From Antedon mediterranea (taxonomy: Eukaryota > Animalia > Echinodermata), in NCBI RefSeq assembly GCF_964355755.1, contig NC_092672.1, positions 38,818,437 to 38,882,436 on the forward strand: a stretch of DNA of 64,000 nucleotides, written 5' to 3'. The translations under genes and the position numbers were made by a program. Shown here piece by piece: positions 48,901 through 60,767 of this stretch. Every line of letters starts with the position of its first letter. Position 1 is the first letter of the stretch. The notes under the pieces are model-generated. The model did no database searches. It was given only the letters and a program-made list of their open reading frames with translations, and had not been told where the DNA came from.

Positions 48901-51900
48901 ATAAGATGACATGAAAAAAAGGGAAATTGTAAAGAGGATGAATTTTCCTGTCTAAATTCACAAAATTACCAAATCATAAAATAATTAATATTTTTTTGAT
49001 TGATTCATGCCAAATATTTCTTTTATGTCTTTGCCTGGAGCTGTACATTGTCAGAAATCCTGTTTTTTGCTTCTCTCAAATGCCTTTTGTTTCCACTCCC
49101 CACCCAACATTTAAATAATCAGTGACCTGGTTTAAGACTATTACAACACACAGGCAAAGTTTTTTTTTTTTTCTCTTTTGTGGTTAACTACCACTTTTAT
49201 TCATTCTTTCATACAAATTTCGTTCACATTGCATTTTCATACATTAAATTTCTGTTTTCTACTTTTTTCGTTATTTTCAGATTTTTACTCTTTTAACCTT
49301 TATACATATAGTGGTTTGATTATATGCATACACAGGCAAAGTTTATTGTAAATTTCAAATTGTAACATAATGTTATTTTCTAGATACATGAAGGGTTGCA
49401 ATCATTTAAACATTCGGTATCTTCTCAAGATTACATAAATGCAGCTGATAGTTTGGGAAAACTTGTAAGTAATACAAAGACACAAGAACATTATACCTTA
49501 TTAATGTATAGAATGTGGCAGCTGTACATTGTAGTAATAATAATAGTAATAATGTATAGAATGTGGCAGCTGTACATTGTAGTAATAATAATAGTAATAA
49601 TGTATAGAATGTGGCAGCTGTACATTGTAGTAATAATAATAGTAATAATGTATAGAATGTGGCAGCTGTACATTGTAGTAATAATAATAGTAATAATAAT
49701 GTATAGAATGTGGCAGCTGTACATTGTAGTAATAATAATAGTAATAATGTATAGAATGTGGCAGCTGTACATTGTAGTAATAATAATAGTAATAATGTAT
49801 AGAATGTGGCAGCTGTACATTGTAGTAATAATAATAGTAATAATAATGTATAGAATGTGGCAGCTGTACATTGTAGTAATAATAATAATAATAATGTATA
49901 GAATGTGGCAGCTGTACATTGTAGTAATAATAATAGTAATAATGTATAGAATGTGGCAGCTGTACATTGTAGTAATAATAATAGTAATAATGTATAGAAT
50001 GTGGCAGCTGTACATTGTAGTAATAATAATAGTAATAATAATGTATAGAATGTGGCAGCTGTACATTGTAGTAATAATAATAATAATAATGTATAGAATG
50101 TGGCAGCTGTACATTGTAGTAATAATAATAGTAATAATGTATAGAATGTGGCAGCTGTACATTGTAGTAATAATAATAGTAATAATGTATAGAATGTGGC
50201 AGCTGTACATTGTAGTAATAATAATAGTAATAATGTATAGAATGTGGCAGCTGTACTTTGTAGTAATAATAATAGTAATAATGTATAGAATGTGGCAGTT
50301 GTACATTGTAGTAATAATAATAGTAATAATGTATAGAATGTGGCAGCTGTACATTGTAGTAATAATAATAGTAATAATGTATAGAATGTGGCAGCTGTAC
50401 ATTGTAGTAATAATAATAGTAATAATGTATAGAATGTGGCAGCTGTACATTGTAGTAATAATAATAGTAATAATGTATAGAATGTGGCAGCTGTACATTG
50501 TAGTAATAATAATAGTAATAATGTATAGAATGTGGCAGCTGTACATTGTAGTAATAATAATAGTAATAATAATGTATAGAATGTGGCAGCTGTACATTGT
50601 AGTAATAATAATAATAATAATGTATAGAATGTGGCAGCTGTACATTGTAGTAATAATAATAGTAATAATGTATAGAATGTGGCAGCTGTACATTGTAGTA
50701 ATAATAATAGTAATAATGTATAGAATGTGGCAGCTGTACATTGTAGTAATAATAACAGTAATAATGTATAGAATGTGGCAGCTGTACATTGTAGTAATAA
50801 TAATAGTAATAATGTATAGAATGTGGCAGCTGTACATTGTAGTAATAATAATAGTAATAATGTATAGAATGTGGCAGCTGTACATTGTAGTAATAATAAT
50901 AGTAATAATGTATAGAATGTGGCAGCTGTACATTGTAGTAATAATAATAGTAATAATGTATAGAATGTGGCAGCTGTACATTGTAGTAATAATAATAGTA
51001 ATAATGTATAGAATGTGGCAGCTGTACATTGTAGTAATAATAATAGTAATAATGTATAGAATGTGGCAGCTGTACATTGTAGTAATAATAATAGTAATAA
51101 TGTATAGAATGTGGCAGCTTTACATTGTAGTAATAATAATAGTAATAATGTATAGAATGTGGCAGCTGTACATTGTAGTAATAATAATAGTAATAATGTA
51201 TAGAATGTGGCAGCTGTACATTGTAGTAATAATAATAGTAATAATGTATAGAATGTGGCAGCTGTACATTGTAGTAATAATAATAGTAATAATGTATAGA
51301 ATGTGGCAGCTGTACATTGTAGTAATAATAATAGTAATAATGTATAGAATGTGGCAGCTGTACATTGTAGTAATAATAATAGTAATAATGTATAGAATGT
51401 GGCAGCTGTACATTGTAGTAATAATAATAGTAATAATGTATAGAATGTGGCAGCTGTACATTGTAGTAATAATAATAGTAATAATGTATAGAATGTGGCA
51501 GCTGTACATTGTAGTAATAATAATAGTAATAATGTATAGAATGTGGCAGCTGTACATTGTAGTAATAATAATAGTAATAATGTATAGAATGTGGCAGCTG
51601 TACATTGTAGTAATAATAATAGTAATAATGTATAGAATGTGGCAGCTGTACATTGTAGTAATAATAATAGTAATAATGTATAGAATGTGGCAGTTGTACA
51701 TTGTAGTAATAATAATAGTAATAATGTATAGAATGTGGCAGCTGTACATTGTAGTAATAATAATAGTAATAATGTATAGAATGTGGCAGCTGTACATTGT
51801 AGTAATAATAATAGTAATAATGTATAGAATGTGGCAGCTGTACATTGTAGTAATAATAATAGTAATAATGTATAGAATGTGGCAGCTGTACATTGTAGTA

Positions 51901-54900
51901 ATAATAATAGTAATAATGTATAGAATGTGGCAGCTGTACATTGTAGTAATAATAATAGTAATAATGTATAGAATGTGGCAGCTGTACATTGTAGTAATAA
52001 TAATAGTAATAATAATAATAATAGTAATAATGTATAGAATGTGGCAGCTGTACATTGTAGTAATAATAATAGTAATAATGTATAGAATGTGGCAGCTGTA
52101 CTTTGTAGTAATAATAATAGTAATAATGTATAGAATGTGGCAGCTGTACATTGTAGTAATAATAATAGTAATAATGTATAGAATGTGGCAGCTGTACATT
52201 GTAGTAATAATAATAGTAATAATGTATAGAATGTGGCAGCTGTACATTGTAGTAGTAATAATAATTGGTTCACACTTTTGGAACAGAGAAGCAGAGGTTT
52301 GACCACATAACAAAACAACATTTACAAAATATATACAGAGATTTGAAATAAAAGATAAAACATCCCCCAGAAATACTTGTCCTGTGCAGGGGAGGGTTCG
52401 GTTAACTTCTTAAAATCAAAATAAATTAAGTACGGTAATAAACTAAATCAAAATTTCATATGTCTATATCAAGTATGTATTTTAATATTGATGAGATGAC
52501 CTGAAATTATATCTTTCAGAAAGGTCTTCTTTTAATAGGTGTGCACCAGTGTGAGTTTGAAATTGTGGCAGCAATCAGGGTAATTTATACTTTTAGTAAT
52601 TTTTTATCAAAATCATTAAATAAATACCTAGCTCATTGTGTTAGTATGTCAACATATTACAATACTCGGGTACACATATAAAATGAGTAGTTTCTTAACA
52701 GACTGAACTGACAGTTCATCAAGAAACTCTTCTGTACTCTCTTGAAGAAATGTGGAAACAAATTATAACATGGAAAGCACCTCAAATGGAGCTTCATATA
52801 GGTAGGTGTTTAATGGTTTATTTTCAATTGCAATATTGACAGTACAATGTTTCCAGGAAATCTAGTTTTCAGAATACACAGCAGTTTGATCCTTCAGCAG
52901 AGTCAGTAGTATTTCAACATCATTAGGGTTAGGCACAATAACCCTAACCCTTCAGCAGAGTCAGTAGTATTTCAACATCATTAGGGTTAGGCACAATAAC
53001 CCTAACCCTTCAGCAGAGTCAGTAGTATTTCAACATCATTAATGATAGTTTTACAATTTATTTATTACATTCTATGTATTACATTGTTTATTTAGTATTA
53101 TTCTTTTGTTTAATTTAAAGCTCATGATGACCATGTAAACAACATGGTAATTTCAATGCATAAAGTTGGCATTCTGAACAGTAAAATACAATCATTTGGA
53201 AAGGATCTATTAAAACATGTGTTCACACCAGTCATTACAAACCCATCTGTGCAGTGTGCCATTGCTGGAAAGTCAAAGGTTAGTGTATTGTTTCACTATT
53301 AAAACATGTGTTCACACCAGTCATTACAAACCCATCTGTACAGTGTGCCATTGATGGAAAGTCAAAGGTAAGTGTATTGTTTCACTATTAAAACATGTGT
53401 TCACACCAGTCATTACAAACCCGTCTGTACAGTGTGCCATTGATGGAAAGTCAAAGGTAAGTGTATTGTTTCACTATTAAAACATGTGTTCACACCAGTC
53501 ATTACAAACCCATCTGTACAGTGTGCCATTGATGGAAAGTCAAAGGTAAGTGTATTGTTTCACTATTAAAACACGTGTTCACACCAGTCATTACAAACCC
53601 ATCTGTACAGTGTGCCATTGATGGAAAGTCAAAGGTAAGTGTATTGTTTCACTATTAAAACATGTGTTCACACCAGTCATTACAAACCCATCTGTACAGT
53701 GTGCCATTGATGGAAAGTCAAAGGTAAGTGTATTGTTTCACTATTAAAACATGTGTTCACACCAGTCATTATAAACCCATCTGTACAGTGTGCCATTGAT
53801 GGAAAGTCAAAGGTAAGTGTATTGTTTCACTAATAAAACATGTGTTCACACCAGTCATTACAAACCCATCTGTACAGTGTGTTATTGCTGGAAAGTCAAA
53901 GGTAAGTGTATTGTTTCACTATTAAAACATGTGTTCACACCAGTCATTATAAACCCGTCTGTACAGTGTGCTATTGCTGGAAAGTCAAAGGTAAGTGTAT
54001 TGTTTCACTATTAAAACATGTGTTCACACCAGTCATTATAAACCCATCTGTACAGTGTGCCATTGATGGAAAGTCAAAGGTAAGTGTATTGTTTCACTAT
54101 TAAAACATGTGTTCACACCAGTCATTACAAACCCATCTGTACAGTGTGCCATTGATGGAAAGTCAAAGGTAAGTGTATTGTTTCACTATTAAAACATGTG
54201 TTCACACCAGTCATTATAAACCCATCTGTACAGTGTGCCATTGCTGGAAAGTCAAAGGTAAGTGTATTGTTTCACTAATAAAACATGTGTTCACACCAGT
54301 CATTATAAACCCATCTGTACAGTGTGCCATTGATGGAAAGTCAAAGGTAAGTGTATTGTTTCACTATTAAAACATGTGTTCACACCAGTCATTACAAACC
54401 CATCTGTACAGTGTGCCATTGATGGAAAGTCAAAGGTAAGTGTATTGTTTCACTATTAAAACATGTGTTCACACCAGTCATTACAAACCCATCTGTACAG
54501 TGTGTTATTGCTGGAAAGTCAAAGGTAAGTGTATTGTTTCACTAATAAAACATGTGTTCACACCAGTCATTACAAACCCATCTGTACAGTGTGTTATTGC
54601 TGGAAAGTCAAAGGTAAGTGTATTGTTTCACTATTAAAACATGTGTTCACACCAGTCATTATAAACCCGTCTGTACAGTGTGCTATTGCTGGAAAGTCAA
54701 AGGTAAGTGTATTGTTTCACTATTAAAACATGTGTTCACACCAGTCATTATAAACCCATCTGTACAGTGTGCCATTGCTGGAAAGTCAAAGGTAAGTGTA
54801 TTGTTTCACTATTAAAACATGTGTTCACACCAGTCATTATAAACCCATCTGTACAGTGTGCCATTGCTGGAAAGTCAAAGGTAAGTGTATTGTTTCACTA

Positions 54901-57900
54901 TTAAAACATGTGTTCACACCAGTCATTACAAACCCATCTGTACAGTGTGTTATTGCTGGAAAGTCAAAGGTAAGTGTATTGTTTCACTATTAAAACATGT
55001 GTTCACACCAGTCATTATAAACCCATCTGTACAGTGTGCCATTGCTGGAAAGTCAAAGGTAAGTGCATTGTTTCACTATTAAAACATGTGTTCACACCAG
55101 TCATTATAAACCCATCTGTACAGTGTGCCATTGCTGGAAAGTCAAAGGTAAGTGTATTGTTTCACTATTAAAACATGTGTTCACACCAGTCATTATAAAC
55201 CCATCTGTACAGTGTGCCATTGCTGGAAAGTCAAAGGTAAGTGTATTGTTTCACTATTAAAACATGTGTTCACACCAGTCATTATAAACCCATCTGTACA
55301 GTGTGCCATTGATGGAAAGTCAAAGGTAAGTGTATTGTTTCACTATTAAAACATGTGTTCACACCAGTCATTATAAACCCATCTGTACAGTGTGCCATTG
55401 CTGGAAAGTCAAAGGTAAGTGTATTGTTTCACTATTAAAACATGTGTTCACACCAGTCATTACAAACCCATCTGTACAGTGTGCCATTGATGGAAAGTCA
55501 AAGGTAAGTGTATTGTTTCACTAATAAAACATGTGTTCACACCAGTCATTACAAACCCATCTGTACAGTGTGCCATTGATGGAAAGTCAAAGGTAAGTGT
55601 ATTGTTTCACTATTAAAACATGTGTTCACACCAGTCATTATAAACCCATCTGTACAGTGTGCCATTGATGGAAAGTCAAAGGTAAGTGTATTGTTTCACT
55701 ATTAAAACATGTGTTCACACCAGTCATTACAAACCCATCTGTACAGTGTGCCATTGATGGAAAGTCAAAGGTAAGTGTATTGTTTCACTATTGAAACATG
55801 TGTTCACACCAGTCATTATAAACCCATCTGTACAGTGTGCCATTGCTGGAAAGTCAAAGGTAAGTGTATTGTTTCACTATTAAAACATGTGTTCACACCA
55901 GTCATTACAAACCCATCTGTACAGTGTGCCATTGATGGAAAGTCAAAGGTAAGTGTATTGTTTCACTATTAAAACATGTGTTCACACCAGTCATTATAAA
56001 CCCATCTGTACAGTGTGCCATTGATGGAAAGTCAAAGGTAAGTGTATTGTTTCACTATTAAAACATGTGTTCACACCAGTCATTATAAACCCATCTGTAC
56101 AGTGTGCCATTGCTGGAAAGTCAAAGGTAAGTGTATTGTTTCACTATTAAAACATGTGTTCACACCAGTCATTATAAACCCATCTGTACAGTGTGCCATT
56201 GCTGGAAAGTCAAAGGTAAGTGTATTGTTTCACTATTAAAACATGTGTTCACACCAGTCATTATAAACCCATCTGTACAGTGTGCCATTGCTGGAAAGTC
56301 AAAGGTAAGTGTATTGTTTCACTATTAAAACATGTGTTCACACCAGTCATTATAAACCCATCTGTACAGTGTGCCATTGCTGGAAAGTCAAAGGTAAGTG
56401 TATTGTTTCACTATTAAAACATGTGTTCACACCAGTCATTATAAACCCATCTGTACAGTGTGCCATTGATGGAAAGTCAAAGGTAAGTGTATTGTTTCAC
56501 TATTAAAACATGTGTTCACACCAGTCATTATAAACCCATCTGTACAGTGTGCCATTGCTGGAAAGTCAAAGGTAAGTGTATTGTTTCACTAATAAAACAT
56601 GTGTTCACACCAGTCATTATAAACCCATCTGTACAGTGTGCCATTGCCGGAAAGTCAAAGGTAAGTGTATTGTTTCACTATTAAAACATGTGTTCACACC
56701 AGTCATTATAAACCCATCTGTATAGTGTGCCATTGCTGTCAAAAGCTAGTGTATTATAGAATGTTATGATTCTTGCTAGCCAATATACAGTAGGATACTA
56801 TGCAATATTTTTTGTCCATTATTCGAACCACTACTTCTTATCAGCAGTCCTGTGCTCTTCCAGATACGATAATCATGCTTGTGGGCCACAGCCTGTGTTG
56901 TTATTTAAGTACCCTGTGTTAATATTTAAGTATCATGTGCTCTGCTACAAACTATCCAACACAGCCTGTGTTGTTATTTAAGTACCATGTGTTAATATTT
57001 AAGTATCATGTGCTCTGCTACAAACTATCCAGATAATAGTTGACATGCTTCATAAATCATACATTTATACTTATTTTCAGATTACTACAATAGTTTTTAA
57101 GAAAGTCAATTCATTTGATGCGTATGTACAACCACAGAAAGTCTACCATGACATTTTAAAGGTGCTTAAAGGTCTGGAAAGTGCTTTGTTAGAAATTAAA
57201 GTAATGTTTGGAGAAGAAGAGGAACAACAAAAGTCTCTTATGTATATATTAGGTAAGGGATACATGCTGTAAACAAAACAAATTATTTATTATTAAATGT
57301 ATTCTTAATAATAATAATAATATACAAATAATGAATGTTTATGAGTGTAATGGTACAAATAATGGCACGAGGTGAATGATGAAAGGTTATATCAACGAGG
57401 CGATGAGCCGAGTTGATATAACCTTTCATCATTCACCAAGTGCCATTATTTGTACCATTACACGAATACAAAACATTCATTATTTGTTTTATATAACATC
57501 TAAATAAATTCTAGTTATTTGAATCAAATAAAAGGTAGCCCTAACCAAAGCTTACTACATTTCATTCACACACATTGATTAAAAACAGTAACATTTGGTT
57601 TTTAATAATTTTATATTAAATGTTATATTTATATGGATTTCGTAAACACACCTACTTTTGTGTTAATTATGTCAACAAACGACCAAACAATCCTAGGCCT
57701 AGCAAGGCTAAAACGCCTAGGCTAGGCCTAGCCTAATACTAGCATGGCCTAGGCTACCCTAGTAGCCTAGTAGTACTAGCTTGGCTGAAAGGCAAAACTT
57801 CGACAGACAATTGGAACTTATCTAAGCTAATTATGGTTTTTCCAACAATTCCACGTCTTGTAGGGATGTCCCCATTAATTAATCAAAATCCTAAAAACGA

Positions 57901-60767
57901 TCTAAAGCTAATTTAAATGCCTTTTTGAATGAAATTAGTACATAATGTCCAAATCGTACACAAATATCTGCTGCTGTTGCATATCTCGCGGTGGTGTTTA
58001 CAAATGAAACTGAGACCAGACGACAGGTGGCGCTGTTGTATTTCACAGTACAGAGCCATATCATAGGATAATTTGTGTACTAGATTTTTTTTCATCCGCG
58101 AGACGTTTTTTTTTTCGTACACAAAAATGTTTCAAAAAGTACTATTTAACGATCGTTGAATAGTGCGTACTATTGCACGCCATGTGACCCACAATCGTCC
58201 AATCAAATGACAGGAATTTATTTAGGTGTTATATAATAAGGTTTATACAGCGCACATATCCACAAAAGTGCTCAAGGCTATCTATCAATTGACTTGTAGG
58301 TATGGCTATATGGAAAGACTTGTCAGATGTATTGATAAATAATTGTCTTGTGAAATCTATTCCAACAACAAATTCACAGGTAAAATTCATTTTGTTGTTA
58401 TTAGCATACACTAGTTTTGACTCATCCACAAAATGCTTTGTTTATTGTGGAATTGATACTAAAATAGAAAATGTTTATCTTGTCAGCTGACTGGATACAA
58501 CTCTGTGATTAGAGCAACAGAAGATTTTGAGAAATCATTAGAAACACTTGGTAAGTAAAATATACACTTGATTGTTGAAACATCACAGCTAGAATCTTTA
58601 AAATATACACTTGATTGTTGAAACATCACAGCTAGAATCTTTAAAATATACACTTGATTGTTGAAACATAACAGCTAGAATCTTTAAAATATACACTTGA
58701 TTGTTGAAACATAACAGCTAGAATCTTTAAAATATACACTTGATTTTTGAAACATAACAGCTAGAATCTTTAAAATATACACTTGATTGTTGAAACATAA
58801 CAGCTAGAATCTTCAAAATATACACTTGATTGTTGAAACATCACAGCTATAGAATCTTCAAAATATACACTTGATTGTTGAAACATAACAGCTAGAATCT
58901 TTAAAATATACACTTGATTTTTTAAACATCACAGCTAGAATCTTTAAAATATACACTTGATCTTTGAGACATCACCGCTAGAATCTTTAAAATATACACT
59001 TGGTCTTTGAGACATCACATCTAGAATCTTGATCTTTGAGACTTCACAGCTAGAATCTTGATCTTTGAGACATCACAGCTAGAATATTGATCTTTGAGAC
59101 ATCACCGCTAGAATCTTGATCTTAGAGACTTCACAGCTAGAATCTTGATCTTTGAGACATCACAGCTAGAAGCTTTTCACACAGGTGCAAATAAATGGAC
59201 TGATTTTTGATAAAGATCAATACACCATCACATATGGATTAAAAGCCTTTCTAGAAACACCAACTACTTATTCTCCTCAATAAAGTTGTCAAAACCCAAA
59301 ACTAAGAATTTATTTATGATTATATTTAGGATTTATTTCTGCTGGTGCATCATCCTTATTATCGTATGCTAAAGATGTAAATATTCATTTTGCCAACAAA
59401 AAAGTGAGTAGTAAATTAGTTTATTTTAACTGGAACCTATTAGTAGAAGTTCCTCTTCACCCTGCCCCTCCCACCATTCACTCTCTCTATCTCTAAAATA
59501 TAATTTTTATAGATGTTACTATATGTGAGAAACCAAAATTCCATTCAGTATTTTACTCAACAGAAAAGTGATATTTACTCAATTCTCAATATTTCATATG
59601 AATTAGTGTCGGGATATCATTGTTGAAGCAAGGAATCTAATGAAACAGGATCTACATAATACTGTTGTAGTCGGACTTAATGATGATGATGATGATGTGG
59701 AAAAGAAACAAGAAACAGAGAAAGAAAAGGTAAGGCAACATCAAATAAATCACTATAATTATTGTTTAGATCATGTTTTTCTTACTTTAATGTAACATTA
59801 CTTATTTCAGGTGGTTAATGGAGATGAAAAAAGGACCAATTATGTATCTAGTGGGACATTTAAATTCCCACGATGCAAGATCTCCATAACAACACAACAA
59901 ATTGTGAACTTGGCTTATGACACATTATTGGAGGCAACTAAAAGCTCCCAACAATGGTATGTCTTTGTCACTCAATCTGTTTTCATATTTTAAAAGTAAA
60001 TCCTTGTACTACAGATTTCACAATCAAGTGGTTAAACACAAACCACCATCTGTCTGTCCGTCCCAATGATAACTTTCATGTATGTTATCCACTTATTTAT
60101 ATCAGTGGAATATGTTTTTCATGTTCTTTCTCATCAGTGCAATCCAGCTTTTCCAAACAACTCGCAGCATGTTTGATCTTTACTGCGCCGTCATCCCAAC
60201 CTACCATAAAGACAGTTTAGCCAAGTTTCCACAGCTCTCAGCTCTTCATTACAACAACTGTATGTACATAGCTCATCACTTGCTAACACTAGGACACCAG
60301 TATCGCAGTCAACTTCCTCCTCCACTGTGTCAAGGGTCAGCCACATTCGTTGATGGAATCCCACAATTCAGACACCTTGCTACAGATTGCTTTATGGAAC
60401 AAATGGTCAGTATTTTTTCTCCTTTTTTTTTGTTTTTTTATTTTTATTATTTTGTTTAAGAAAGCAGAGATTGGTAGAATTGCTGAAAAATGGACTTTCA
60501 TTTTTTTCTTTAATTATGGTTTTATCAGGATATGATTTTTAAAATCTAATTTTTGGTCAAAATGAATAATTTTTATGTGACTTTTCCTTCAATTATTTTT
60601 TCAGGTGACAGATGAATGTATTTTGTGTGTTTGATAATTTTTAAATTTGTTTTTGTCTGCAGCGTACTCAAAGAAACCAATTAATTGAATATCTGAGTGG
60701 TGCTGGTTACATGAATCAAGTATCTAGTGGAGAAAATTATAAAACAGCTGAAAGGGCATTTAAACAG
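45977..60767 (+). CDS. ZW10: Centromere/kinetochore protein ZW10 (first 15 coding exons; continues beyond the window)
   Basis: Exons 45977-46013, 48418-48614, 48695-48802, 49384-49464, 52520-52579, 52702-52801, 53121-53278, 57081-57252, 58300-58379, 58487-58550, 59330-59403, 59607-59729, 59811-59956, 60138-60405 and 60663-60767 join in frame. Translation includes [48 protein letters not shown] and [26 protein letters not shown]. Confidence 0.96.
47161..48186. mobile_element. Non-autonomous hAT-like element in ZW10 intron 1
   Basis: TIR CAGGCTTGTAGCCAGG / CCTGGCTACGGCCCTG and cgaaccccc subterminal motifs. The TSD is not preserved. Confidence 0.65.
49503..52265. repeat. 48-bp minisatellite (~57 copies) in ZW10 intron 4
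   Basis: atgtatagaatgtggcagctgtacattgtagtaataataatagtaata; length variants are +3 nt. Confidence 0.98.
52891..53041. repeat. 58-bp tandem repeat, ~2.6 copies
   Basis: ccttcagcagagtcagtagtatttcaacatcattagggttaggcacaataaccctaac. Confidence 0.9.
53207..56738 (+). repeat. 89-bp tandem array (~39-40 copies) of the 3' part of ZW10 exon 7 plus its donor
   Basis: The unit is CTATTAAAACATGTGTTCACACCAGTCATTACAAACCCATCTGTACAGTGTGCCATTGCTGGAAAGTCAAAG|gtaagtgtattgtttca. Confidence 0.97.
57320..58237 (-). mobile_element. Non-autonomous element with a ~170 bp terminal palindrome (Crypton-like architecture, tentative)
   Basis: Hairpin at 57324-57487 (acaaataatgaatgttt..gtgtaatggtacaaataatggcac..gttatatcaac and its inverse). 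The opposite end reads catgtgacc..ccaatcaaatgacaggaatttatttaggtgttatataat. Confidence 0.65.
58556..59170. repeat. 43-bp minisatellite decaying into a ~29-bp unit
   Basis: taaaatatacacttgattgttgaaacatcacagctagaatctt, followed by ttgatctttgagacatcacagctagaatc. Confidence 0.92.

Noticed and set aside
49396-52321. 968-, 971-, 528- and 397-aa ORFs on both strands
   Set aside because: These come from a 48-bp (multiple of 3) minisatellite with stop-free frames inside ZW10 intron 4. The real exon ends at the donor at 49465.
52691-52701. U12-like branch box TTTCTTAAC before ZW10 exon 6
   Set aside because: It abuts the AG (too close), and the upstream donor gtaatt is U2-type.
52923-53010. ttagggttagg / ccctaaccct telomere-like motifs
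   Set aside because: Only about two units occur within a 58-bp repeat, so this is not an interstitial telomere array.
53817-56684. Series of 65-aa Cys/His-rich ORFs
   Set aside because: These are frame-shifting read-throughs of the 89-bp repeat, not a small-peptide gene family.
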